The translations under genes were made by a program, and so were the position numbers. The notes under the pieces are model-generated. The model saw only the letters and a program-made list of their open reading frames with translations, ran no database searches and was not told the origin of the DNA. Source: Eledone cirrhosa (Eukaryota). Taken from it: a stretch of DNA of 64,000 nt. The stretch covers positions 28,148,001-28,212,000 of the forward strand of contig OZ024741.1 in NCBI GenBank assembly GCA_964016885.1. Direction: 5' to 3'. Of this stretch, positions 63,841 through 64,000 are shown one piece after another (the first letter of the stretch is position 1; the number at the start of each line of letters is the position of its first letter).

Positions 63841-63971
63841 GTGTGTGTGTGAGTGTATATATATATATATAAGAAAAGGGAAGTAAGGTTCTATACAAAA
63901 CAGTGGATAGAGAAAAGGTGAAGTTGGAAATAGCACGGAAAATATATTTTAAGGTCTGTTTTTCTTTTTTT
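63684..63971. repeat. ~104-bp inverted repeat centred on a (CA)n(TA)n(TG)n microsatellite
   Basis: 63684..63787 vs 63868..63971; degenerate HHR (GAAA-CCGG-TA) just upstream at ~63535..63575. Confidence 0.85.
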
Positions 63972-64000
63972 CATTTATATATATATATACATATACACAC

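Overview
AT-rich eukaryotic (metazoan) DNA made almost entirely of microsatellites and retroelements. I found no supportable host gene, rRNA, tRNA gene or CRISPR array. The SINE family and microsatellite load resemble an octopus/cephalopod genome, but this is inference. From 1-19.9 kb: decayed Penelope-like elements (PLEs) with hammerhead-ribozyme (HHR) motifs, fold-back modules, MITEs, SINEs and minisatellites. From 19.9-31 kb: two diverged Tx1-like (L1 group, APE+RT) LINEs head-to-tail inside (ATCT)n. From 31-36 kb: more PLEs and HHRs bounded by (TA)n. From 36.2-60.9 kb: a ~25 kb array built inside an (AAT)n microsatellite. It holds two intact, apparently identical 6,024-bp Tx1-like elements plus one fragment (all minus strand), and six R4/Dong-like RT+RLE elements from two families (all plus strand). 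Most interesting signals: (i) retroelement clades partition microsatellite niches, with a target switch inside one Tx1 lineage; (ii) a conserved splice donor at the ORF1 stop and an AG|GT at the ORF2 stop suggest ORF2 is a removable intron, with compensating stop-codon phase in two copies; (iii) the abundant SINE tail matches the Tx1 3' end; (iv) U3:A8 variant hammerheads. All structures were read by eye; no database searches or folding programs were run.
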